IMG/VR virus record: IMGVR_UViG_3300047471_000189 | Coordinates: 1-64,000 of that record | DNA: 64,000 bases | DNA from: a virus | Reading direction: 5' to 3' (one strand) | Shown: one piece after another, positions 31,501-39,355 of the stretch | Numbering within the stretch: the stretch's first letter is position 1 | Layout of the letters: each line of letters starts with the position of its first letter | Made by a program: the position numbers and the translations under genes | The notes under the pieces: generated by a model | Told to the model about the DNA's origin: nothing | Databases searched by the model: none | Seen by the model: only the letters and a program-made list of their open reading frames with translations

Positions 31501-34500
31501 TGGCCTCTGGGGAAGAAGCAATGGACTGATAAACACGGTCCACTGTGTCCGGGTCGTTCTTCTGAAACTCTACGTTCAATCCGCCGCGCATCGTACGCAG
31601 GCGTACTCCACCAGCCTTAAAGAGGGCAGTGTATGCGTCATCATATCCTTTTGGTACGATCCCGGCTTCATCCATCAGGTCTTCGTGCCAGTCCCCGACA
31701 AATGTTTTGTTCTTTCCTGTTACAATAGCCGCGCTACCGGGCTCTCCCATTCCCGCACGGAGTTTGAGACCGCCAAGCTTTTTGAATTCTTCCTTCTCCT
31801 TGGCGGTGAAGTCGCGAGCAGCCAACCCGAGGGCCGGAACTTGTCCAGATAATGGACTGGTTCCCTCCCGCATCTGTTGCTCGACCGGTGTGTCTTTGAA
31901 CGTGGCTATTTCTCCGCCCGGGTGGTAGTACCCGTCGTAGCCTGCGTCCTTCATCATCCGTTCGTAGATTGTGCCGATTGCCCCTCTCTGGCCTTGAATG
32001 CCACGAGCCGCCGCTTCTTGATACGCGGCAGACATCAGCTTGTCCGGGTCGTCCACCCACGGGTACAGGTTCTCGTTGTTAAAACGAGCTTTGTACTGGT
32101 AGGGTTGGCGTTCGTAGAACGGCTCGCCGTGCGACCCCTCGACACGCCAGTAAGACTTCTTGACGTAGTCCTTGGGGAAGTTGGCTGCCCGTTCCCGTTC
32201 CGCGCCCTTCTGCGGGCCCGTGAATTGCTTCTCGGGTGAGACTGTATCTAGACCTTCTGCTCTAGTGCCGTGAACGGCGTCGACGAAGGGTTCCCTTGGC
32301 TCGCGTGTGAGTTTCGATAGCCCCACGTAATCGGGCCTTGATTCGAAAGCTTTACGAACTGGACCCCACGTGGGATGCTTTGATTCAAGCTCGGCGAGTC
32401 TGGTATCGAGGACCCGCTGGGCGGCGTCCCGGCTTTCGTAGTCGCCGTGTTGGAATGCTCTGCCATTTGTTTCTCCTATGTTTCCTGCGTCGAGGCGTGA
32501 AGCTACTTCCGCGACCTGTGGGCGGTACCTGTCTCCCGGGCTAACTATGTGGACAAGGTGTCCTCCCGGGATTGGCTCGATGGTGTCGCCGGGGATTCCG
32601 TGGGCTTCGAGTACGGCACCAATCTGACTGGCGTCCGCCGTAGAGAGAGGAACCCGGAACTGGAACAACTTGTCCGAGCCAGCGCCCGGCACGAATCCGG
32701 CACCCATGTTCTGGTAACCAGCTTTGGTGATGAAGGCGTTGTGGTATTCAACTGCATCGGGGTCTGTACCCGGAGCGAACCTCTGTAGGGTAGAGTTTTC
32801 TGCTCCACCTTCCCAGTGGCCAATGGCCGGACGCACGACTGCCTTGACCCCGGGGAGGGCCTCGGCAAAGTCTTTCGATAATGTTTCAGCGAGTTTCTGC
32901 GGGCGGGAATTGAGACGGAACTCTGCGTCCTGTACATTTGGTAGGTTATGTACGTTCGGGGAGACGAACCCGATGGGGCTCTGAACCTCGTCTTCGTGGA
33001 GTTCCCGGGCTGTTAGGCCGGGTTTTGCTGGGACTTCTGGTTCTGCTTCACCCACTCCAGCAGGGCGGCGTCCCCCTTCTTGAACGCCTGCCACGCTCCG
33101 GTCAACTGGTCCTTGCTTGGTAGCGCGAGTTGCGGCTTCTGTTTGGGCATGTATATCCTCCACGTGTTGACGTGCTATTTCGTTGATTTTGTCGAGGTTG
33201 GCAAAAGCGTCTTTGCCGTGCTTTGCTTCTACCTCTTTGAAGTATTCTTTGATAAACTTGAATTGCTCTTCCGGGGAGATGATTCCCTCGGCCCGGCCAG
33301 CCAAGAACTGGGCGGCGGTTTCGACGACACGAACAACTGGGCTGGGATCGTACCCAACGTCACTCTGACGCTTTGCCCATTCTGCCGGTATGAGGCCATG
33401 AAGCCGGTCCCACTGGGAGCCCGGGGCCACGGTAACACTGCCGTCGGGATGTGTGGTGGCTCCGTCGAGATGGTTGACGATGTCCCCGTCCTTGGACAAC
33501 TCGCGCTGCCAAGTGTGGTGGAGTTCCTCGGAGACGATGGGGATCGCTTGATCTTTGAGCAACGTTGGGTGGGCGGCGGTGGTGAGCAGCCCTTGCTTGG
33601 ACAGCGTCGTGGCGGACTGGAACAACTCCTGAATTTCTTTGTTCTGGCTGACTCCGGCGTTCTCCAGACTGCGGCCCAGAGTCCCGATTTCATCCGGGGC
33701 AAAGCTGACGCCCTTGATCGGGTTACCCGGTTCGGTGGCATGGTTAAACTGCGCCCACGCGCTGGGGGTAAGCCAGACAACGGGGCGACCGTCGGCTCCA
33801 ATACGAACCTGACCGGCATCGTTCGAGTGTGCTACTTCTGTCCCGGCCCTCGGCGGCATGTCCGCTGGGGCAATCGGGGTTCCAGTGGGCGGCTGTCCAT
33901 TATTCGGATCGATTTCATCTGCCCGGCCATCTGCCCGTCTTAGAGCAGAAGCGATGGCTGCGGCCTTCTCGGCGTCCGATCCTGTCTCGGCGTGTGCGAA
34001 AGTCTCCGCAAGTTCATCATTCTTAAGTGCTTTAACTTCTGTGGAGTCTCCCAAAACTGCACGCGGTTCTTCGTGCCCGAGCAACTGCCGGGCATGTTGG
34101 TCGATCTCTATTGCGTGCTGTTCGGCGACGGCGTGCTGGGCTTCCCGCTCTTTGTTCGTGCGGTCGACGGCCAGCCACTCGTCATTCGGGCGGAATGCCC
34201 CTTCCTGAATCAGCGGCTTGAATAACTCACCGGCTGAGTGGAGGGCGTGGGTAGCCCCGAGAACTCCCAATCCGTATCCGGCGACCATCTCGGTGCCGTA
34301 CTCCATAGCCTTGTCATAGTCCCCGGACTTGAGGGCGTCGAGGAACTGGGGGGACATCTGGGCCCCCATCTCAAGCTGTTGGTAAGTAAACCCAGCATTC
34401 AGAAGGTAGTTGGCCGTCTTAGCCGCTCTTGCCGTTGCGGCTATCGGCATAGTGGGAACAGCCTTCCGTATAAGCTGGAAGGACCCACGTTCCATCAGGT

Positions 34501-35383
34501 TCCCACCAATCAGATCGTGCTCGGTGAGACCGTTCTTGTAAAGGATGTCCTGCCCACGCTTCCACAGCGCAGGGTCGACCCCGGCTTCGCGCACGGCGTC
34601 TTCGACCGGCTTGAACGCTTCCCGGGCTTTCGCGATAGTTGCGGAGGTTTTAGCCAGAGCTTCCCGCTGTATATCCGAAAGCCCCGCCTTCTCCAGAACA
34701 CTCTGGACGGCTGGCTCCCCAAACATAGTATCGGGAACGAGGTTGGAGGTGATCTCCTTAGCCCGCCGTAGAAGGTCCAGATCATGCCCTCCTGCCTCTA
34801 GCGCGGCGTTGACGGCAGGTTCTATTGCCTTCTGGTCCTTGAACGCTTGTATGGCCGCTTCTGAGGCTTTAACGATCTGTGGGATTTCGGTGTCAGTAAA
34901 CAAACGGGTACCAGTTTCGGTAACCGCTTCTTTGAGAGCCGTGGCCCCAGCGCTTTCGATAGCTCCGCCGGTACCGAACGTGGCAGCGGTAAGAGCGACA
35001 GACAACGGGGAGGTTAATCCGGAGGCAATCTTCTCGACACCCCGTTCAAACCCACCGGCACCTTCGCGGTACTCAGGCATTCCGAACAAGCTTTCGGTAA
35101 CCGGGGTATTCGCCCAGTCCCACGCACGCTTGTACCACGGCTGGGATTCGTCTTGATATAGGTGAGACGCTGGTCCCTCCGGAGCAGAAGGTTGTCCATT
35201 ATTCGGACCGGAAAGACCGGCATCGAATAGGTTTCCAGTAGCTGCTGGGGAAACGGGAGCAGACGGAGAAACCCCTCCGCCCCCGGTTAACCCTTGGTCA
35301 AACAGGTTTCCGGAAGCGATAGGGGTTGTCTTTGTGACAGGAGAAGACTCCAGTCCTTGGTCAAACAGATTGGTATTGGCCAT
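25523..35383 (-). CDS. 3286-aa polyvalent internal virion (ejection) protein
   Basis: Last large gene of the ejection-protein block; ART-like module (HGT...KDAGYDGYY..GEIATF), HhH-glycosylase-like module (WY..ALSP..GPKVSAF..NL..VTNDTW), EELQSDWHQ domain, EELHH zincin-like motif. Confidence 0.75.
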   Translation of the reverse strand: MANTNLFDQGLESSPVTKTTPIASGNLFDQGLTGGGGVSPSAPVSPAATGNLFDAGLSGPNNGQPSAPEGPASHLYQDESQPWYKRAWDWANTPVTESLFGMPEYREGAGGFERGVEKIASGLTSPLSVALTAATFGTGGAIESAGATALKEAVTETGTRLFTDTEIPQIVKASEAAIQAFKDQKAIEPAVNAALEAGGHDLDLLRRAKEITSNLVPDTMFGEPAVQSVLEKAGLSDIQREALAKTSATIAKAREAFKPVEDAVREAGVDPALWKRGQDILYKNGLTEHDLIGGNLMERGSFQLIRKAVPTMPIAATARAAKTANYLLNAGFTYQQLEMGAQMSPQFLDALKSGDYDKAMEYGTEMVAGYGLGVLGATHALHSAGELFKPLIQEGAFRPNDEWLAVDRTNKEREAQHAVAEQHAIEIDQHARQLLGHEEPRAVLGDSTEVKALKNDELAETFAHAETGSDAEKAAAIASALRRADGRADEIDPNNGQPPTGTPIAPADMPPRAGTEVAHSNDAGQVRIGADGRPVVWLTPSAWAQFNHATEPGNPIKGVSFAPDEIGTLGRSLENAGVSQNKEIQELFQSATTLSKQGLLTTAAHPTLLKDQAIPIVSEELHHTWQRELSKDGDIVNHLDGATTHPDGSVTVAPGSQWDRLHGLIPAEWAKRQSDVGYDPSPVVRVVETAAQFLAGRAEGIISPEEQFKFIKEYFKEVEAKHGKDAFANLDKINEIARQHVEDIHAQTEAATRATKQGPVDRSVAGVQEGGRRPAGVGEAEPEVPAKPGLTARELHEDEVQSPIGFVSPNVHNLPNVQDAEFRLNSRPQKLAETLSKDFAEALPGVKAVVRPAIGHWEGGAENSTLQRFAPGTDPDAVEYHNAFITKAGYQNMGAGFVPGAGSDKLFQFRVPLSTADASQIGAVLEAHGIPGDTIEPIPGGHLVHIVSPGDRYRPQVAEVASRLDAGNIGETNGRAFQHGDYESRDAAQRVLDTRLAELESKHPTWGPVRKAFESRPDYVGLSKLTREPREPFVDAVHGTRAEGLDTVSPEKQFTGPQKGAERERAANFPKDYVKKSYWRVEGSHGEPFYERQPYQYKARFNNENLYPWVDDPDKLMSAAYQEAAARGIQGQRGAIGTIYERMMKDAGYDGYYHPGGEIATFKDTPVEQQMREGTSPLSGQVPALGLAARDFTAKEKEEFKKLGGLKLRAGMGEPGSAAIVTGKNKTFVGDWHEDLMDEAGIVPKGYDDAYTALFKAGGVRLRTMRGGLNVEFQKNDPDTVDRVYQSIASSPEAKHYQIEFIHPKGEKGFSASAGDKDTILRKLRDWDEGRGQHAAPAYGSVNYFRQNFSGLYSRDWNSIKKYLTDEEQAKHNTDEKKNSLVAAFNSLPDAEEWSDAVRAGRAGQMWYERSSRAFDALLDSGFDRLHPADKDKFLNFVAALSPVQPVKTNLVMAIEQWAKWDKAGRPTDVVWKDGKPNKSAKLYQMMRRGVDLQSRLGNAIRALQGEPLSGPKVSAFTKNLGEDVNRVTNDTWMAVLAGQDPGRINKPAVYDSMSAKVREAAEAHGIAPRQAQAAAWSFIKSLAELSGWGNDRWIPPQQIVKQGLLTPELVAAHSADFADLLQHDPQIRGLITKLGGDLNAFDEKLKSYVPERPAQGETSGVSDRLLNAAGRLEAARANSAIQRHLEAKSGPQSAFDFGAATDFNPAYMDQHIGGGTGIGAKYIPLYARDNPAPQWYLKSNQIIGSRMQGPMPADTVQKMLENNGVKPDEMKYTGLDEFLRSKGKEPVRPDEVRQYLAANNLQVQEVTKGADAGREEALRNDYFRLGDERSEAMKKAEASGAKADYEEVTRIGELERAALHRLMDHRDQPHDAPKFGTYTLPGGENYREMLLTLPQKTVSGFHVYNPANPNKILATFPTEVEAHRYVSSHLDEDGQVQYDYTANSSTEEHGNFRSSHWDEPNVVGHVRFNDRTGPNGEKLLHLEELQSDWHQKGRTQGYKSELTPEEEQRRYQVARERNVAAEERAYHRQEQDSTAFNEATSRMETLDRELESLNKKKNGGVPDAPFKKTWPELLMKRMVRYAAEHGYDGVLWTPGEDQATRYDLSKQISRVTYAPVDGTLRAFDHSGNQILTENSSPEKLPDYIGKEAANKLLRTPRVDTDTMKDGDRAMVPPSGNPDGKPVEVILHPDRRLNEGNPRESIMVSEVGGKENRWFVELRHLASHELSGVDLKVGGEGMRGFYDKIVPDLANKLGKQFGAKVGETKIDLPPSIGRSEWTYEGPSYDSLELIKMGNKWLKEGGPVSLPHQAQAIANDMKLSGYSFEDAMRRNGSLALAEKLGGKMNMAVPESKSVPYFPITDSMRESVLKQGQPLFARGGPDNGLPSNIDDMIRDNKFKNMPKEYKDRVIRAYERVASGTSPDRVLQTAKYLRDEQDKNWQLGSANDLLHNHIEDYMTRVYKDENPKGKLILSDSKQGKFATDVNMARQRVYDSTVTALLKSPKELFLDPVQTTAQGRAQLIKAAANRQLIDKLRDAGTRASDGRPAVVLSGTGRVVTGQNGEDPKTFIDPNRVRKINLSDDMVRGLKKNGDFDRFIADGTLKDITPYVHPGNIRAAIARLEDRAESKEAQYDQVGNNKLRTDLMYLKSMLNNNDFSGLKEFNDAQPKKYAWDPQDYISLDNGAMKGWNFVTNDSAGNGVLVRSDIKVHPEFAEYLKNRLGLNPSTIGQNPVGKALLGAGTKLKHTLLSLSPFHMVQIALRGVMTGVNPFTLHAPDLIHGAKIDPMDPNSPTKMYKMAEQGLTVGTDYRAMQEHSEGVSAGGGALRMIPGVGKVLAGSMDWFQDLLFRRYIPAIKATAAEHMFDEYQRLHPEWSTDKVAKMAATHANDSFGGINWKAMGRSATTQDWGRLMLLAPDWLESEMRSGVRLFNRDEGGLGRAQVAKMALGLWGIARVLNLLTTGNAHYEAPFGLAVKNKEGKETIFGIRTLPTDLLHAADDPVGFIKGRLSPTVRMGQELLTQRDQFGRKLAPEDMWVDIFRNMAPIAAQSIGQAVTGTGPEIGNLGQAWKASGGTAQVYNTPAQKLAAELASNHNEDGPVDSTQMARHRRVMQLEDQLRSGQITWPDLVKLTYQTDQLKESELKQIQNNFKKTQGIPPDMASLYTRAARLPAAEYLKLYDVLNPQEKAALATLTLQVQKRYLNKVKKEMTPAERAKDPTFNRFMRMIPQQQQQAAPQPQSSYTPPPTAQSPLQKEVAYLYTATHPQTGHRVGSDDGQNWFDHQTGEAVNG

Positions 35384-35407
35384 GTATTCCTAAATTTCGG
35401 CTAGTGG

Positions 35408-37084
35408 TTAAAGCATATTTCCGGGATTGAACGGAGTAGGCTGGACATTTAGAATCTTTTCGCCTACAGAGCCTTTCGGAACGGAGTCAAAGAAAGGTTT
35501 AGGAGCGGCAGGTGTTCTTCCGATAGACGTTAGAATTTTATTCTTCACATCTTCCGATAACTTGGAGGACTGTAGTTGAGCCACTATTTCGTCTGGAGAT
35601 AGGCTCGCAATCTTTTGTGCGGTCTGTGGATCAAACCCGGGGATGTTTTGTAGAATTGCCAGTACCCCTTGATTCGGATTGGCTCCGGGGGTCTTCCCTA
35701 TGGTAGTCAACGCCCTTTGTCCCAAACTTGTCAAGTTCTGAATCTGCCGGAGTACTTCTCCGGCTTCCGCCTGAGAGTTCGGATTCATGGTATCATCGAT
35801 CAGCGTCTTATACTGCTGGTTAAGAGCAGGGACCATTTTGTTCATGGACTCTGCTATTATAACACGAGAACCCGGGCTTATCGCATCAAAATTACCACCC
35901 TTATCATTTAATTCTTTCAGGGCGTTATTAAACTGTTCGGCTTGGGTTCTCCCGAGGGCCGCATCCTTGGCTTCCTGACGGATTCGGCTTGCGTCGGCCA
36001 GATACTTTGCTTTCTCGGCGTTGTCTTTGTCGATCTCAACCTGAACCTTCTTGACTCCTAAATCCTGAAGTTGTCGAGTCAGATTATCAGCACGCACTTT
36101 ATCTGCATCCCGCTTAATCGAGACAAACTGGGATGCGGTAAGTTGTTTGTTGTCTTTTAGAACTGCACCATATTCTGGGAACCTATCAAATACGCCGTCC
36201 TTCTTCCACTGATCGTATGTGGCCGTAGACACATTGACTTTGCCCTTCGGATCATAGGCAGTATAAACCCCCTCATACGCTGGTTTTCCGTCGGGACCAA
36301 CCGTCAGTTTTGTTCCTGTTAGCTCCCAATCCAATGTTGTTGACCCGGGGTGATCCGCGATATATTGAGTCTGTTCTGATTCGGGAATGTCTTTAGCCAC
36401 CGGGGTCATCCCGGCGTCGACATATGACTGAATCTGTGCTTTTCCGGCATCGGCCATTTTTTGATGAAGTTCGAAACTTTCTCCCTGCATCGTCTGATTC
36501 ATCCGGAGCGTTTCCACATTAGATAAGGCGATTTGAGCTTTGCGAAGAGTCTCCTCGCTGGATGCTGCGGCTTGTGCCCGCTTCTCTCTTTCTTGTGCCT
36601 GCTGGTTCTGGAACTGCTGTTGGGACTCTGCTTGCAGTTTGTCCCTCTGTTGTTCCTGTTGCTGTTGTGCAGCACCGGCACCAACGGCGAACGAACCGAT
36701 ACCTCCGCCCATCTTTGCTTGGGCACCAGAGGCCATGCCCATAATGGCTCCAGACAAAATGCTGCGGAACAACTGACCGGCGGTGTTCTGTTGCTGGACT
36801 ACAGTTCCGTTCGGTCCGACTTCACCGTGCGTGCCCATGAGGGCGTGCCACCCCAGTCCAGCTTTAGCCAGTCTCGGGTCGATAGTTGGGGTCTCGGGTT
36901 GAGGGGCATCTGGTCTTTGCTGCGCGTTCTGTGCGGAACTCAGCACATACTGGGCGGCACCCTGTGGCATAGAGGATAACTGAGCCGGGGCGGCGTCCTG
37001 CATATTGAGAGGCGTGGAGACGTCAGCAGGGGCCGGGGCAGCCGTGGGGGTAGCAACAGGTTGAGAGGCTAGAGGATCGGCCAT
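35408..37084 (-). CDS. probable internal virion/ejection protein
   Basis: Gly/Ala-rich hydrophobic segment, then Q-rich coiled coil; lies just upstream of the giant gene. Confidence 0.55.
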   Translation of the reverse strand: MADPLASQPVATPTAAPAPADVSTPLNMQDAAPAQLSSMPQGAAQYVLSSAQNAQQRPDAPQPETPTIDPRLAKAGLGWHALMGTHGEVGPNGTVVQQQNTAGQLFRSILSGAIMGMASGAQAKMGGGIGSFAVGAGAAQQQQEQQRDKLQAESQQQFQNQQAQEREKRAQAAASSEETLRKAQIALSNVETLRMNQTMQGESFELHQKMADAGKAQIQSYVDAGMTPVAKDIPESEQTQYIADHPGSTTLDWELTGTKLTVGPDGKPAYEGVYTAYDPKGKVNVSTATYDQWKKDGVFDRFPEYGAVLKDNKQLTASQFVSIKRDADKVRADNLTRQLQDLGVKKVQVEIDKDNAEKAKYLADASRIRQEAKDAALGRTQAEQFNNALKELNDKGGNFDAISPGSRVIIAESMNKMVPALNQQYKTLIDDTMNPNSQAEAGEVLRQIQNLTSLGQRALTTIGKTPGANPNQGVLAILQNIPGFDPQTAQKIASLSPDEIVAQLQSSKLSEDVKNKILTSIGRTPAAPKPFFDSVPKGSVGEKILNVQPTPFNPGNML

Positions 37085-37479
37085 TACTTATCTCCTTCTA
37101 AAAACCAAGCCAGCGGCGTGGTTGTAGTAACTGATTGGTCTTTCAGGGCCCGCTTCAGGAATTTAACGATCTGTTGCTGGCCGAGCTTTTCCACGACACC
37201 GAAGACGCGCAACACGTTTTCGAGGGTGTCCTCGGCCTTGATTCCGGCGCGGGACTTACCTTCGATCTTGATTTGCAGGTCGAACAACCCGGCGCGAATA
37301 CCAGCGAGCGAGGAAGTGAATACGCGGGTACCGTCGTCTGTAATCTCGTTCTTGCCCGGCCTAGAGAACGACTTGACAAGGAGCGGATTACGAAGCTGGT
37401 AGCAAACGGAATCGGGGTTGGACCAACCCTTCAAACTGGCGAGCGCGTCAAACAATGCTTCTAAGCGTGTAACGGACAT
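37084..37479 (-). CDS. lysozyme-like virion protein homolog (degenerate)
   Basis: DALASLKG..RNP..VF.S..AGIRA...DL..TLE.VL resembles the A..EG..NNPGN..F....G.RA family. Confidence 0.4.
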   Translation of the reverse strand: MSVTRLEALFDALASLKGWSNPDSVCYQLRNPLLVKSFSRPGKNEITDDGTRVFTSSLAGIRAGLFDLQIKIEGKSRAGIKAEDTLENVLRVFGVVEKLGQQQIVKFLKRALKDQSVTTTTPLAWFLEGDK

Positions 37480-37504
37480 TCTCTTCTCCTGTGTCCCTTT
37501 AAAA

Positions 37505-38230
37505 TTACGGTTTCTTTGCAAGTCCGCCGGTTAGATAAGCGCCCGCTGCCCCACCCACCGCCCCCAAAATCGCGTTGAACGGGTTGGCTGCTTGGTTCTC
37601 TTGGGCAATCTGGTTCCACGAATTTCCTGCGGCGGTACTCGCCCCTGTAGCTTGTCCAGCAAACCCTGTAGGGTTATAACCAGCGGCAACTCCGCCCAAC
37701 TGGCCGAGAGCAGATTCATACATGTTGTAGCCCTGTTGATACCCGGCGTTCTGAATTCCCAGAAGCTGGTCGGACGCTTGGTTAGCCGCGCTCGACGCCA
37801 ATGCCGAATTCTGTTGGGCGTTAACTCCGGACGGGAGCAGGACGTTGCCTCCCCCGGCTGCCGCTTGATTCTCAGCCAGAGCCTTTTTCGCATGGGCATA
37901 CTGCTGGCCGGTCCCCTGAATGGCTTGGGAGTTGAGGACGTTTGTCTGGGCATCAGAGAAACCGAATTGATTTGGGCCTTTGGCAACAATAGGATTCAGA
38001 GTATTCACCAGAGTCTGGTAAATAGCCTCCGAATTTCCAAATGTTTGCTTCGCGTCATCCATCATCTGTTTGGTGAAGGCCGTCTGCGCGTTAGCCAAAT
38101 CAGTCTGTTGAGGGGAAGCTCCTTTGCAAAGAGCTACAGGACCTGTCCATTTTTCGGACACGCGCCTGACGAGAATGTACCGGCTCTGCCGATCACTCCA
38201 GATATACGAAACCGATGTGGTTATTTTCAT
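37505..38230 (-). CDS. probable internal virion/pilot protein
   Basis: Q/A/G/N-rich, C-terminal GAVGGAAGAYLTGG segment. Confidence 0.55.
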   Translation of the reverse strand: MKITTSVSYIWSDRQSRYILVRRVSEKWTGPVALCKGASPQQTDLANAQTAFTKQMMDDAKQTFGNSEAIYQTLVNTLNPIVAKGPNQFGFSDAQTNVLNSQAIQGTGQQYAHAKKALAENQAAAGGGNVLLPSGVNAQQNSALASSAANQASDQLLGIQNAGYQQGYNMYESALGQLGGVAAGYNPTGFAGQATGASTAAGNSWNQIAQENQAANPFNAILGAVGGAAGAYLTGGLAKKP

Positions 38231-38631
38231 TCTAGGTCCTTTAACTTGACGCGAAATACTCGAAACGGGAGTTCCTCGAAGATATGGTTCTTGGCAAACT
38301 CATCCGTCGAGTCGTCGCTTCCCAGAAAATAAATTTCCCCAACTCCAATACCAGCGGCCTGCGTCACAGCGTTCTGTGTGAGTTCCTTCATCGCCGCAGC
38401 GGCTTGGAGCTTGGTAGACCCCGGCCTCATTGCCAGACTCTCCAACATGAATGGATGCTGAATAGTCTGGAAGGCAAGAGGTCCGTCTTTATCGAACGCG
38501 CACCAAGTTGAGCTAGTGGGGAACAACGCCACTTGGGGGTCGAATTCGTTAGCCGGGTTTTCTTTGGCCCAGTCGAAAAACATCTGGCCTTCATCGGGCC
38601 GGACCGGTCGTACAAAAATTGGTTTACTCAT
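38227..38631 (-). CDS. GNAT-fold-like protein in the tail/ejection module
   Basis: VRPVRPDE start, GVGEIYF, F....FEEL pattern; position like T7 gp13. Confidence 0.45.
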   Translation of the reverse strand: MSKPIFVRPVRPDEGQMFFDWAKENPANEFDPQVALFPTSSTWCAFDKDGPLAFQTIQHPFMLESLAMRPGSTKLQAAAAMKELTQNAVTQAAGIGVGEIYFLGSDDSTDEFAKNHIFEELPFRVFRVKLKDLE

Positions 38632-38959
38632 TATCCTTGATTTTCTGAAGAAGGATCAGACGGAAGTCGTCCTTCATATCCGACAAATGTTCGTTGGTCT
38701 TCTGCAACTCAGCAAGAATGTGCGGGAGGTGGTTCGTAGAGAGAAGCTCGACAGTCCCCTTGACACTGGTGATAGTCTGCTCGGCCTGTGTAAATCTGGT
38801 TAGAGCCATGTTAATCCCTGTGACCGCCCGGGCGAGAGCCGCACCGATACGGTAAAGAACAACCAAGACAGTGGCCCAGCCACAAACCGCTTGCCAATTT
38901 GACGCAATCCAATTGATAACTTGCATAGTAATTCCAACGAGTTGAGTGTGTGTTGACAT
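38624..38959 (-). CDS. holin-like membrane protein
   Basis: One N-terminal TM segment followed by a coiled coil with NHL.H. Confidence 0.45.
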   Translation of the reverse strand: MSTHTQLVGITMQVINWIASNWQAVCGWATVLVVLYRIGAALARAVTGINMALTRFTQAEQTITSVKGTVELLSTNHLPHILAELQKTNEHLSDMKDDFRLILLQKIKDNE

Positions 38960-39355
38960 CAAGCGTGCCCTTCCCGGGGTATGAAAACTAAGTGGCTGGA
39001 ACGAGTGAAGTAAGAATCCCATTAACGAGAGTGATGCTCCCGTTAGTTCCCCCGACCGTTAGCTTTGCTGTAACGATTGTCGTGCTGAGTCCAGTGGGGG
39101 CCGCTGTTTTTGGTGCGGCGGACAAGGGTGCTACCGGGGTAAGTCTGTATTGCGGAATCGAACCACCAGCGTAGTACTGACGAAGGTTGTCCGAAGTAGA
39201 CGAAACCCCCACTACAGGGAGGGGGCAGCGCAAAGTCGTGCTGAGAACCGGAGCAGCCTCCGCCGACGTTGGGGCCGACGGAAAATGCTGCGCCGACCGC
39301 ACGTAGGAACCGCCTACCGGAGAACTTGTATCAAGTCTTGAAGCTATTGAAGGCA

